From positions 214,544 to 278,543 of the forward strand of contig JAAEYY010000001.1 of NCBI GenBank assembly GCA_018223105.1: a stretch of 64,000 nt of DNA, written 5' to 3'. This DNA is from a bacterium. Its GTDB lineage: Bacteria; Bacteroidota; Bacteroidia; NS11-12g; UBA9320. The position numbers were made by a program, and so were the translations under genes. Below are positions 47,701 to 57,577 of this stretch, in pieces. The stretch's first letter is position 1, and every line of letters begins with the position of its first letter. The notes under the pieces were generated by a model. The model was not told the DNA's origin. It ran no database searches and saw only the letters and a list, made by a program, of their open reading frames with translations.

Positions 47701-48399
47701 TTATATTTCAACTTCAAGCACTAAGCCTGTGCTGAGGTTTACCTTCATTGGTTTAGTAATGCCGTTAGTCATTTTAGTGACCATGGCCATAATCTCCGTT
47801 TCGTTGTTTGAATTAACGAGTCCGCGAATCACCATGACTTGGATTTGATCTTCGCTAGTCTCTTCGTCGCTTAGCTTTTCTTTGAAAAGTTCAGTGGCCT
47901 TATTCTTCTCATCTTCTCTTGGAGTAATCACCCAAAAGACTCTGTCGTGAACTTCGGTTGTACCTTGGTATTTGATTTTAGCTTGGTCATTTGAATGGAG
48001 TCGGGTAACGTAGATAGCATTAGTCTGAATTGTTTCAGCATAGAATGAATCTATGAGTTGATCTGCCTTAAAAACTATTTTATATCTAGACATTACACCT
48101 GCGGAACGTTCGCAATGCAATAGTGTCATATGTTCCACATCCACATCTTTAGCTAAGAACACCTTTCTCAATGAATCTCTAAACATTTGAGCTTTTTCAA
48201 CCACAGAATCTACCCCCGAAATCTCATGTTGTGATTCAGGCAAGAGTAAGCCTTTCATGGGGGTGAAATCTTTTTGTCGTACTGTTGTCAGTACTTGGTT
48301 CGCGTAGCTTTCACAGGCGTTCTGAGCCCAAAGTTCAGTGCTCATGAAGAGCATTATTGTTAAAATCGTTAAATATTTATATCCTGTCTTGACCATCAT
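47701..48399 (-). CDS. hypothetical secreted protein
   Basis: 232 aa with a signal peptide. Confidence 0.4.
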   Translation of the reverse strand: MMVKTGYKYLTILTIMLFMSTELWAQNACESYANQVLTTVRQKDFTPMKGLLLPESQHEISGVDSVVEKAQMFRDSLRKVFLAKDVDVEHMTLLHCERSAGVMSRYKIVFKADQLIDSFYAETIQTNAIYVTRLHSNDQAKIKYQGTTEVHDRVFWVITPREDEKNKATELFKEKLSDEETSEDQIQVMVIRGLVNSNNETEIMAMVTKMTNGITKPMKVNLSTGLVLEVEI

Positions 48400-49261
48400 A
48401 TCGTGTTAATTTAAGAATCGTTTTGTCTTTTTGATTCTCTAATTCAAGCATCTCATTATCGACGGCGATAATTCGAAATTTCTGTTTTTTATTCGAATCG
48501 GTCGTCTTTAGAGTTACCATACTATCTAAAACAATTACTGTTCCAAAAGTATGAGTATTGCCAAGGGTTTGCTTAATGTCTATACCTGAAATATGCCAAA
48601 TTTGATCTCCTGATTTCCAATTTCCCTGTAATTGGTTATTCATATCCAGGTTGTGATAATAGTTTTCAAAGAATTCGATTAGCCGACCATGTTGAGCAGG
48701 GTCTGTAAATGGACGATAGGTGATTTTATCTACCAGAGGTTTGCCTTCGTAAAACAATTGAACCGTTGTTACACCTTTGTGGCTCACATAATACTCCGAC
48801 GCTTCAAAACCTTTGCTCATGGGCTTGTCATAATCCCATCCTACGAAACCTTCAAGAGAATCGATCTTTTCTGCATAGTTCCATTCCGAGTGGCGGGCAT
48901 AAACAAATCTCTGTTTAACATAGTAATATTCTCTTTCAAGATTCGCATATGAAACCCCTATCGATTCTATAATCTTTACAAGAGTATCATTCAGAAACCA
49001 AGCTGACACTTCAGAACCGTGATCGAAAGCTTGATGAAGCAAAGACTCACCATTAAGAGTGATGACCGTATATCTATGTTGCAGTGAGTCGATGAGCTTA
49101 ACTTGTTGGTCTATTTGCTTAGCTGCAGAATCTTGATTAAAAGAAAATGCGTGCAAAGAACTCAGTAAGATGAATAGAGCGCTTAATTTAATAGACCTCA
49201 TAGCGTGTTTAATATAGTAATAACCTCCGGGAAGTTCAAGTAGTTGCTTCACGAAGCTCAT
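48377..49261 (-). CDS. hypothetical secreted protein
   Basis: 294 aa with a signal peptide. Overlaps the next gene's stop. Confidence 0.4.
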   Translation of the reverse strand: MSFVKQLLELPGGYYYIKHAMRSIKLSALFILLSSLHAFSFNQDSAAKQIDQQVKLIDSLQHRYTVITLNGESLLHQAFDHGSEVSAWFLNDTLVKIIESIGVSYANLEREYYYVKQRFVYARHSEWNYAEKIDSLEGFVGWDYDKPMSKGFEASEYYVSHKGVTTVQLFYEGKPLVDKITYRPFTDPAQHGRLIEFFENYYHNLDMNNQLQGNWKSGDQIWHISGIDIKQTLGNTHTFGTVIVLDSMVTLKTTDSNKKQKFRIIAVDNEMLELENQKDKTILKLTRYDGQDRI

Positions 49262-50160
49262 CTTTCTAGCTTTTCTGATTCAATTTTTATGGAGGTCATA
49301 GTTAAGGAACCACCGATGGCTTTGTCGTTAAACAAGCTGAGTTTATCACGGCCGCCCTTGAGAGCCAAAGTATAAAGGAGTGGGAGGTAATGTTCGGCTG
49401 TTGGAATGGCTAAGTCAAAAGCTTTTCCTTGTGATGTATAATTTATGAGTGATTTATGATCGCCATCCTCAATAAATTGCTTCATTTTATTGGATGCTTC
49501 CAATGCCCAATCGTAGCCATATTCATCTTCATTTAACTTGTCCCATGCTACCATTCCGAGGTTATGAACCATATTTCCGCTTCCAATGATCAGGATTCCT
49601 TTTTTTCTTAAAGCTGCAAGTTCCGCTGCAAGTTCGTAGTGATATTGCGGGTTTTGATAGCGATCCAAACTCATTTGAATCACCGGGATATTTGCATTGG
49701 GATAGAGATGCTTTATAACAGACCATGCACCATGGTCGAGGCCCCATTTATGATCGAGGCCAACTTCGGTTTTAGTAATGAGATCTGCCGTTGATTTAGC
49801 TAATTCAGGGTCGCCTTTGGCTGGATATTGAACTTCAAAAAGTTCTTTGGGAAACCCACCAAAATCGTGAATGGTTCTCGGGTTTTCCATAGCCGTTATG
49901 TGTGTGCCTCGAGTTTCCCAATGAGCAGATATGCAAAGGACCGCCGCCGGTTTAGGAATCCCTTCGCCCATTTTGCGAAAGCCTTTAACAAATTCATTTT
50001 CTTCAATGGCATTCATGGGCGATCCATGCCCCATAAACATTACCGGCATTTCTGAAGTGTCTTCAAAACTTGAAAGTATGGAATTTAATGACTTGAGTTT
50101 CATAGTTGGTCCTGCTAATGGTGCGAGGCAAAGTGATTTTATAAAATCTGAGCGTTTCAT
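49258..50160 (-). CDS. class III extradiol ring-cleavage dioxygenase (LigB / 4,5-DOPA dioxygenase YgiD-like)
   Basis: MPVMFMGHGSPMN motif and conserved His residues. Start trimmed to the Met after the upstream gene's stop. Possible Tat/Sec-like leader. Confidence 0.7.
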   Translation of the reverse strand: MKRSDFIKSLCLAPLAGPTMKLKSLNSILSSFEDTSEMPVMFMGHGSPMNAIEENEFVKGFRKMGEGIPKPAAVLCISAHWETRGTHITAMENPRTIHDFGGFPKELFEVQYPAKGDPELAKSTADLITKTEVGLDHKWGLDHGAWSVIKHLYPNANIPVIQMSLDRYQNPQYHYELAAELAALRKKGILIIGSGNMVHNLGMVAWDKLNEDEYGYDWALEASNKMKQFIEDGDHKSLINYTSQGKAFDLAIPTAEHYLPLLYTLALKGGRDKLSLFNDKAIGGSLTMTSIKIESEKLER

Positions 50161-50165
50161 TTTAT

Positions 50166-50855
50166 CTAAGCATGCTCTTGTTGCACCTTCTTCAAATCTA
50201 CAATTCTCGCCCCGGAGTAAATAAAACAAGCTGCGATAGCCATAAGTGTATGACTTGCAGCAAGATGATTAAACCATGGGTGAATAATCCAGGTATTCAT
50301 GAAGAATAATGCAGCTAAAGCTGCAAATGCAATTCCTATCAAAATTAAACCACTTGCGCGATTTTTGGTTTTTAAAAATAAATATCCTTCTAAGCTGAGT
50401 ACGACAAACATGAGTCCGTAACCGGAATGGAATTCGACATAAAAGAAATCGAGGTAATATATGCTCAGTCCCATAAAGGTGAGCAATTCCAAAATGTTGA
50501 TTTTACCTAGGACATTGATCACTTTATCAGGAAATAGTATACCTGCATGGTTGATTGCTGCTCTTTCTATCAGCATTATGCTGAGCATACTTATTATCCA
50601 ACCAGGAAGTTTCATGGAATCGGGCAGGCGATATAGGAAAGCATGACCTAAAACACCACCAAAGAGAGTGGCAATTCCCATGAGGAGGAAGTAGTAGGTG
50701 AAAAGTTTGATGGACTTATTCTGCTTTTCTTGGCGAACAAGTTTTGTAAAGAAGATAAAGCACAGAATAGCAACAATAATATCGGTAAGAGTAGCTATGG
50801 GTTCATCTACTCTGAGGTTTCCTATGTCAATACTAATTATTTCATGTGTGTCCAT
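50166..50855 (-). CDS. hypothetical integral membrane protein
   Basis: 229 aa with about 6 TM helices. Confidence 0.4.
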   Translation of the reverse strand: MDTHEIISIDIGNLRVDEPIATLTDIIVAILCFIFFTKLVRQEKQNKSIKLFTYYFLLMGIATLFGGVLGHAFLYRLPDSMKLPGWIISMLSIMLIERAAINHAGILFPDKVINVLGKINILELLTFMGLSIYYLDFFYVEFHSGYGLMFVVLSLEGYLFLKTKNRASGLILIGIAFAALAALFFMNTWIIHPWFNHLAASHTLMAIAACFIYSGARIVDLKKVQQEHA

Positions 50856-50907
50856 TTAGACTTGAAGGATACAAAAGAAATTCCAAAAAAACGTATTGGT
50901 CAGGCTT

Positions 50908-51702
50908 TTATCTGATTTGGAGATGAATGTGATCATCGTGACGCACCGCATGGCAACCGTGAAATCTAATTTTCGAGCTTGTAAGATTCATGGTTTCTTT
51001 CAGGAAGGGCTCAATAAAAATTTTCTCAGTTTTTGGATGATTTGCGAGAGTCTCGATAAGCTTTTTAGTTTTTGATTCAGAGAATTGAAGGTCTTTTCTC
51101 TGAAACGGACTAAAAATGGAAGTAATACTGTAAAGCGGATAGTTAGTTGAAGGACAAACAGGTTCTCGCTTGAGTTCTACGAAAGCTCCATACCCAAAAA
51201 TGCCGGGTACCTTTCCTGCTGCATATTGATCTGAATCTATGAAGTCATATTGAAAGCCAAGATCTATTTTCTTGCCATCATTGTGGCTAAGATGGGGTAT
51301 GAGTGGAAATCCATCAAAGAACGGGAAACAAGCGTCGAAGTAGACTAAGTGGAGATCTTTATTTTCCTTGAGACATTGATTTATAACTCCCTCAAGTTCC
51401 GGTGTTACGTAGTTTCGATTGAAGAAAACCGTGATGAAATTAACAGGTTTGAGTCGGGCAGAATTTTGAATTTTAGTTCTGCCAAATAGTGATGCAAGAG
51501 GAGGGGTGATAAGAAAAGTGAAAATGCTGTATATCGCAATGAAGCTTATGGATCTTTGCCATCGTCTTTTATTGATGTATTTGTTCCAGATGAAGCGATT
51601 GATGATGTACAGAATACCACCGATTTGGGTCAGGATGCTGAGCAAAGCGAAAATTAAAGTGATTCGCAGAAATTGGGCGATTTTTTTAAACGGACTTGGC
51701 AA
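50908..51702 (-). CDS. hypothetical membrane-anchored protein
   Basis: 264 aa with N-terminal TM helices. Confidence 0.4.
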   Translation of the reverse strand: MPSPFKKIAQFLRITLIFALLSILTQIGGILYIINRFIWNKYINKRRWQRSISFIAIYSIFTFLITPPLASLFGRTKIQNSARLKPVNFITVFFNRNYVTPELEGVINQCLKENKDLHLVYFDACFPFFDGFPLIPHLSHNDGKKIDLGFQYDFIDSDQYAAGKVPGIFGYGAFVELKREPVCPSTNYPLYSITSIFSPFQRKDLQFSESKTKKLIETLANHPKTEKIFIEPFLKETMNLTSSKIRFHGCHAVRHDDHIHLQIR

Positions 51703-51770
51703 TGATGTAGTTTCAGCGGGAATATAGGGAGAATGCTTGATTTGAGCTTCTCAGTCACTATATCATGCTT

Positions 51771-52008
51771 TTATGAGTATTTTTCCTCGACTCTCTTTCT
51801 GAGTTCTTTTTTGTAATCAAACTTTTTGGATGTTTTGAATGATCCTCTCATTGACTCCACAATTGGATTCAGGTTTTCATTTTTATCGTTTCGATTCTCT
51901 TTCGTAAGCACTTTGAGGTAATTTTCGATGATATCAGACAGGCAACGGTTCTTATCCTTTGAGTATTGTTTTGCCCTTTCGATAATTTTCTTTTCACGAC
52001 CTTATCAT
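51771..52008 (-). pseudogene. remnant of a small antitoxin-like (RHH/DUF6364-like) gene, N-terminally truncated and frameshifted
   Basis: Minus-strand frame reads GREKKIIERAKQYSKDKNRCLSDIIENYLKVLTKENRNDKNENLNPIVESMRGSFKTSKKFDYKKELRKRVEEKYS* with no in-frame start. An ATG (MIRS*) lies in another frame just upstream. Confidence 0.35.
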
Positions 52009-52177
52009 TTTTTACTAATATATTGAAAACCATAAAGCACGCGTGATTTTATTTGAATAGATACGTGTAAGGGCTTGTGATTAACAAGTTGAGTATAAAC
52101 GTAGTGCGGGTTTTATAATAATTCGTTGTTCGTCTACCGCAATGTTTTAAGAAGCTGAAATGCTCAACTTTACCAGT

Positions 52178-52369
52178 TTAGCCCGCATTGCGTTTATACA
52201 TTGTTGTGGGTAGTATTGAAAACGGGTCCACTGCTTCAATTTTTCCGTTTTTTACTACAATCAATGGACTTTTTTTCTGTTTTTTATATTCCACTAACCT
52301 TTTATAGGTCTCTTCAAGCCCTTTTACAATTTTGTCTCTTTCCTCTTTTAACTGTTCTTTAGTTGTCAT
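52178..52369 (-). CDS. small conserved hypothetical protein (partner of the adjacent P-loop ATPase)
   Basis: 63 aa. Overlaps the stop of the ATPase gene. Confidence 0.45.
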   Translation of the reverse strand: MTTKEQLKEERDKIVKGLEETYKRLVEYKKQKKSPLIVVKNGKIEAVDPFSILPTTMYKRNAG

Positions 52370-52843
52370 AATATTTATTTTTTAACTCAATCCATTTTTC
52401 ATTATTTGAAATATTTTCTTCATTCAAAGCTCCTTCCGCAATAATTTCATAGTTATCATCTGAATTATCTACAAAAAGCCAGTTATCAACCTTAGGCAGA
52501 AAAAGATTAAAGAAATTTTTCAATCCACTTTTATACCTACGTCTTATTATATCTTCTGGAATTGAATGACCTCCCTCCTTTACCCTTGTTTCAACTCTTG
52601 AAATGGCCAACTCCTCAGAGTTAAGCCAAAAAAAAATACAAGTTAGCTGATACCCAATTTTACGCGCTTTTACTATTAAATTCACATAGCTCCTGGTAGA
52701 TAGGGTAGTTTCAAATGCAAAACTTTCTCCGGATTCTAAAAGACTTTTAATCCTTTTCAACATCAATCTTCCGGCAAAATTGTATAGGAGGCTGTCGTTT
52801 TCCCAGCACCATTACATCCTGCAATGATGTAAAGTTTTTTCAT
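52359..52843 (-). pseudogene. zeta-toxin-like / predicted P-loop ATPase gene, frameshifted with internal deletion
   Basis: The N-terminal fragment MKKLYIIAGCNGAGKTTASYTILPED* (Walker A) stops at 52763. The remainder (...FAFETTLS...HSIPEDIIRRRY...WLFVDNS) continues in another frame from 52766. About 30 aa between the P-loop and the FAFETTLS region appear to be missing. Confidence 0.55.
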
Positions 52844-52985
52844 TAACTCAAAGATACAATTTACCTTGGAACCAGAGTCTTTTGGTATTGCCACCACCTA
52901 GGTAACAAACAAATAAATCATAATTATATCAAACCCTTTAAGGCATTAAACACATTAAACTTTAAAAAGTAAACTGATAAAGACG

Positions 52986-53639
52986 CTACATCTGAATTGC
53001 GTAGTTTAAAAAGACATGAAGACTCCTGTTCGATCTGTTAAATTGTGGGTTCGAAAGGTTTTCAGCTACCGGTATAAAGCTATATTGAAATTGGAGACCT
53101 ATTCTTAAGGCTCTCGATTCTTTATGAATGAGATCGTATGCCGCATGTGCTAAAATCCCCGAATCGTAGCGTTTGAACATGTCGACATTGTACTTGATCT
53201 TTTTTGGGACATTAGGTTGCTCTGGTGAATTAATTTGGGTAACTCCGAGCAAATAGGAAAAGAAAATACCTCCTCCAAGCTTCAAACGTTCCTGCTGTCC
53301 GAGCTTGTACAAGTTGATAATTCCGGTGTTCAAATAGGAATAATAATTATAGCTCACAAATGAACTGATCGGTTGACCTAGCATATTGGTTATATTGACT
53401 TTTATGCCGTTACCTTTTTGCACATATTGCAGACTAAATCGTATATCCGTCTGCTTGAAAAACTCGAAATCAGCATTTATGCCTGCATGAAGACCGATTA
53501 AAGGGCGAGCTTCAAGAAACTGACTTTTTTGATATGATATTGCTGTGCCGAGATCTGTGGAGATCTCATCTAAAATGATTTGACCTTGGACGCTTAGGTT
53601 CCACGCAAGTGCAGCTATAGCAATGATCAGCGACCGCAT
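52986..53639 (-). CDS. outer-membrane beta-barrel protein (hypothetical)
   Basis: 217 aa. Signal peptide and C-terminal aromatic residue. Confidence 0.45.
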   Translation of the reverse strand: MRSLIIAIAALAWNLSVQGQIILDEISTDLGTAISYQKSQFLEARPLIGLHAGINADFEFFKQTDIRFSLQYVQKGNGIKVNITNMLGQPISSFVSYNYYSYLNTGIINLYKLGQQERLKLGGGIFFSYLLGVTQINSPEQPNVPKKIKYNVDMFKRYDSGILAHAAYDLIHKESRALRIGLQFQYSFIPVAENLSNPQFNRSNRSLHVFLNYAIQM

Positions 53640-53641
53640 TA

Positions 53642-53962
53642 TTACGCTGTTTGATTTTCCGCTTCCGGCTTCAGAATCTTGGCATCCACATAGAAATTAC
53701 CGAAAGGAACAATGCTGGCAAAAAGCAGCTTCCAAGTTGTTTTAGTAAACTTCCATTTATAATCAGGGGCAGTACTGAAAACGACAAAGATGTAAATCAA
53801 GAATAAAGCTCCGTGGATAGGTCCCATGGTTTTTACTAAACTAGGATCATCGTTCATGTATTTCAAGGGCATTCCGACAAATACTAGGATGATTAGAGAA
53901 ACACCTTCAAGAAAGCCCATAATTCTCAATCTGCCAATAGAAGTTTTAATCAAATCTAACAT
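53642..53962 (-). CDS. DUF3817-like small membrane protein
   Basis: 106 aa with three TM helices. Confidence 0.45.
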   Translation of the reverse strand: MLDLIKTSIGRLRIMGFLEGVSLIILVFVGMPLKYMNDDPSLVKTMGPIHGALFLIYIFVVFSTAPDYKWKFTKTTWKLLFASIVPFGNFYVDAKILKPEAENQTA

Positions 53963-54023
53963 GCCGGCGAAGATAGAATATTCGGTTTTGCAATGACCAT
54001 TTTTAGTCTAATCGAGTTGTGAT

Positions 54024-54473
54024 TTAATCGTGATAGAAAAAGGTATAAGCTAGACCGAGATGTGTCCGTAACATGCCGCCATCCAAGTCCGAATTAATGT
54101 ATGGTGATAGTTCAAAAGCAAATTGTAGCGCTTTCGCTTTTTGAATTGGGTTGACCCTCACACCAGCATTGAGTACATAACCAGGTCGAGCTTCAATTTC
54201 TTTGAGATCAAAACCGGAATTAAAGTTGACTCCCGCTCCCAGGTAGTATTTGGCCATTTCGGTCTGCTTAAAGTTGAATTGAATACAGGGTTCAAAGTAG
54301 GTGTTACCGAAAAAGGTATTTGTATTTAGCCTTATATCACCCCAAATTGCTTTGTGCGGATCACTTGAAAGGCTTAAAACCGAATTGAAAGGGTAATAGC
54401 CTACAGAGAATTGTGCGTTAAGCGCGGGTTGAAGTGTAATTGTTAATAGGAGAATAAAGATTAATTTCTTCAT
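54024..54473 (-). CDS. outer-membrane beta-barrel protein (hypothetical)
   Basis: 149 aa, signal peptide, ends ...YTFFYHD. Confidence 0.45.
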   Translation of the reverse strand: MKKLIFILLLTITLQPALNAQFSVGYYPFNSVLSLSSDPHKAIWGDIRLNTNTFFGNTYFEPCIQFNFKQTEMAKYYLGAGVNFNSGFDLKEIEARPGYVLNAGVRVNPIQKAKALQFAFELSPYINSDLDGGMLRTHLGLAYTFFYHD

Positions 54474-55519
54474 AGACTTTGAATTAGTTTACAATAAATA
54501 GGTTTAGGTCGGTATTCACGGTCGAATAACAAAGGGAAATCAGTTCTATTAAAGGTTGAAGGTATCCAAGAATCATTATCTCTCAATCCCCAAAAGGTAA
54601 TTCCATGTTGAAATTCAGGAGGTAGATTTTGATACAATTTGAAGATCACATAAGCCTTATCTGCTTGTTTCTTTAGAGCCTCAGTGCCCGGGAAAGCGAT
54701 ATCATCTCCTTTATGGTTTATGGAAATATCCAACTCGGAGATGTGCACTTTGAATCCGGCTTGCCAAATTTCTGTGATGCAATTTCCGATTTCAGTAGTA
54801 GTAGGGTAGGAAGTGTTGATGTGCATTTGCATTCCAATTCCATCAATTTGAAGTCCTTGAGCTGCTGCTTTTGTAAAATATTGAATTACTTTTTTTCTCT
54901 TTTTTTCGTTCAATGCCAGGTTGAAATCATTGTAAAAAAGGAGTGCATCCGGGTCTACTTCCTTTGCCCATTGAAAAGCTTTGATGATATAATCGGGTCC
55001 AATGTGTTCGAGCCAAATGCTCTTGCGCAAAGATCCGTCTTCTTCAAATGCTTCATTAACCACATCCCAACTTTCAATTCTGCCTTTGAAATGCCCGACA
55101 ACTGTTTGAATGTGTTTTTTTAATAGCTCCTCCCAATCACGTTGTGTTCCTTCAAAGTTTTCAAGCCAATTGGGGATTTGATTGTGCCAAACAAGGGTAT
55201 GACCATGAATCTGAATTCTGTTAACGACAGCCAGATCTAAAATTGCCTCGGCATCATCAAAGAAAAATTGTCCTTCAAGGGGTTGAAGTTGACTCATTTT
55301 CATGGCATTTTCGGCAGTGAAACTGTTGAATTGACTCGTGGAAAGTTCTGCATATTCGGGCTGGAAGAACAGTTTATTGTGATCTACAGCGACTCCTATG
55401 GGGAAATCAAATTTGAAATGCAGCTTGTTGTTTTGAGTGTCGCATGCTGAAATTTTAGGTTTAGTGCATGAATTTCCAATGATAAGTAAAAGCGATATTA
55501 ATAAAGAGGCATTCTTCAT
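54470..55519 (-). CDS. GH10 endo-1,4-beta-xylanase (lipoprotein)
   Basis: 349 aa. WDVVNEAF (acid/base Glu) and HISELDI (nucleophile Glu) motifs. Lipobox GNSC. Confidence 0.8.
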   Translation of the reverse strand: MKNASLLISLLLIIGNSCTKPKISACDTQNNKLHFKFDFPIGVAVDHNKLFFQPEYAELSTSQFNSFTAENAMKMSQLQPLEGQFFFDDAEAILDLAVVNRIQIHGHTLVWHNQIPNWLENFEGTQRDWEELLKKHIQTVVGHFKGRIESWDVVNEAFEEDGSLRKSIWLEHIGPDYIIKAFQWAKEVDPDALLFYNDFNLALNEKKRKKVIQYFTKAAAQGLQIDGIGMQMHINTSYPTTTEIGNCITEIWQAGFKVHISELDISINHKGDDIAFPGTEALKKQADKAYVIFKLYQNLPPEFQHGITFWGLRDNDSWIPSTFNRTDFPLLFDREYRPKPIYCKLIQSL

Positions 55520-55959
55520 TCGCCAATATCTTCATTCCATAATTCCGGCTTATTTTGGATGAAATCTTCCATCAATTTAATACAACGATCATCATTTAAA
55601 ACCACAACTTCTACTCCTTTTGACTTTAATAGTTCTTCAGCGCCCATGAAGGTCTTATTCTCACCAATAATTACTTTGGGAATACCATACAGTAAAATTG
55701 CTCCGGTACACATGGGGCATGGCGAGAGTGTAGTGTATAGAACTGAGTTTTTGTAAATGCTCGCTGTTTGCCGACCTGCATTTTCCAATGCATCCATTTC
55801 CCCGTGAAGAATGGTTGATCCTTTTTGCACTCTGCGATTATGGCCCTTACCAAGAATCTTGTTGTTATGTACAATTACACTCCCAATGGGAATTCCACCT
55901 TCTTTGAGACCGGTTTGGGCCTCTTGCAAAGCGATTTCAAAAAATGGATCGGGATTCAT
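55516..55959 (-). CDS. cytosine deaminase, yeast Fcy1-type (CDA zinc-binding fold)
   Basis: 147 aa. HGEMDALENAG and SPCPMCTGAI zinc motifs. Near-colinear with yeast Fcy1 across the whole length, including the C-terminal ...WNEDIGE. Confidence 0.75.
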   Translation of the reverse strand: MNPDPFFEIALQEAQTGLKEGGIPIGSVIVHNNKILGKGHNRRVQKGSTILHGEMDALENAGRQTASIYKNSVLYTTLSPCPMCTGAILLYGIPKVIIGENKTFMGAEELLKSKGVEVVVLNDDRCIKLMEDFIQNKPELWNEDIGE

Positions 55960-56020
55960 GAAGCCAAATTTAGGGGAATACTAAAAGATCAGATCTTGAA
56001 AATTGTAAAATGACTGAAAT

Positions 56021-56515
56021 CTATTTAATGCGATTTTCAGGACGAGACAGAAACTCAATGATTTCTACACTTCCATCATAAATTCCCTGATAGTATTGGT
56101 TTTGTTTCAATTGTGGGATCATGTGCTTGTTTATAATGTCTTGAGCAATGCTATCTGTGAGCACTTTGGCCGTACCTATACCGGTTTCGATTCTTACCTC
56201 GCGGTTTGCTGCACTAAAAACTATGAGTAAGCCATTGTCTCGACTTGCTTTTCCAACACCTAAGGTATTGCCTAACTCAAAAGCAAAGTCGGAAATAGTA
56301 GAGTCTCCTCCATAATTAGCCGTTGTGATCAGCGCTATTTCATTGCCTGTTTCTTTTTCATGCAATCGATACATGCTATCTAAGGTCATTTCCTCTTCGA
56401 TGCTCAGAATTTCTTCTCGATCAAAAACATAAGTAGGTATCTCTGAATTTCCGACATTAAAACATCCTAAAGATGTAATGATAAAGGATATGATAAGAAT
56501 GTATTGTAGCTTCAT
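56021..56515 (-). CDS. TPM-domain protein
   Basis: 164 aa with lipobox LGC. TPM-like core. Confidence 0.55.
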   Translation of the reverse strand: MKLQYILIISFIITSLGCFNVGNSEIPTYVFDREEILSIEEEMTLDSMYRLHEKETGNEIALITTANYGGDSTISDFAFELGNTLGVGKASRDNGLLIVFSAANREVRIETGIGTAKVLTDSIAQDIINKHMIPQLKQNQYYQGIYDGSVEIIEFLSRPENRIK

Positions 56516-56519
56516 TGTT

Positions 56520-57302
56520 TTATGATTTAGGTTTAGTTCTGGCAGTCACCGGAACTGCTAGTCCTACTCCAAGGTGGCCGGGTAAGTAATTGTAAGGTCC
56601 GGACTCTGAAAACAATCTAATTCCGAATTGAAACATGAGCTTGCAGTAAGGGAATCCAGCCCTCAGCGTAATTACAGGCTCTGCTACAAAGTCGGTGTAA
56701 TTCCTGTATTGTCCTGTGGGATATGCTCTGCGTAAATCTAAGTAATGAATGAGCTGAAAACGTGTAGAGAACATGAAGTCGAACACACGTCCTGTTCTTC
56801 CTATCGCTGGTTGAAAGAAGTATCGATTATATAAAGCATAGGACTCGTTTGGTTGGACGTTCAAGTTGTCGTTATTCCGATTTAGGAGGATCTCAGACTT
56901 GGCATTTCTCCGGTCGAAAGCTAAACCGGTTTGTAGCTCGTAAGACCAACTCCCTTCTCCTATAGTGCCAAAATTTAGGAATGCGAGATTAATCTCAGAC
57001 TGCCGGTTTCGATAGCGTACAGAGCTGATCACTTCTTGCATTGAGTCAAACATCATTGATGTATCGGTGTCCGTATTTGAAACATAGCCTGCACTTACTC
57101 CAATATTGTCGCTTATGGCATATGCTGCTTGAACTCCACCTAAAGCAGAAGTATGAAGGTCGACTTCCCAGTCGCCTTTTTCTGTGAACAAGTAAGGATT
57201 GTGGGCTACGGATTTGTAGCGATAGGTATATGGATTGCAAGCAGTGAAAACCAAGCCTGACAGGACAATTATAAAGAGTAATTTAATTCTAATTTGATGC
57301 AT
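56520..57302 (-). CDS. outer-membrane beta-barrel protein (hypothetical)
   Basis: 260 aa. Lipobox/signal peptide, beta-strand pattern. Confidence 0.4.
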   Translation of the reverse strand: MHQIRIKLLFIIVLSGLVFTACNPYTYRYKSVAHNPYLFTEKGDWEVDLHTSALGGVQAAYAISDNIGVSAGYVSNTDTDTSMMFDSMQEVISSVRYRNRQSEINLAFLNFGTIGEGSWSYELQTGLAFDRRNAKSEILLNRNNDNLNVQPNESYALYNRYFFQPAIGRTGRVFDFMFSTRFQLIHYLDLRRAYPTGQYRNYTDFVAEPVITLRAGFPYCKLMFQFGIRLFSESGPYNYLPGHLGVGLAVPVTARTKPKS

Positions 57303-57577
57303 AACGGGTTAATCAGGTAACCAAATATACATTAAATCAACACTTTAGGAGTTTAATCCGGTTCAAACTGGTATTTCCAAATATATTTTCCATAGAAGGA
57401 TGTGGGCCATCACCGGTGTACATTCGGGCGAATTCTGATTGATATACACCATTGTGATTTTTCACTAAATCGATTGCATCTTGATTTGATCCGGGGATAT
57501 CGAAGACAACAGATTCTTCCGGAATTTGAGCTTTCTAATATCCCCGTTGGAATTCTTTTGGTTCATGAATCAATTGA

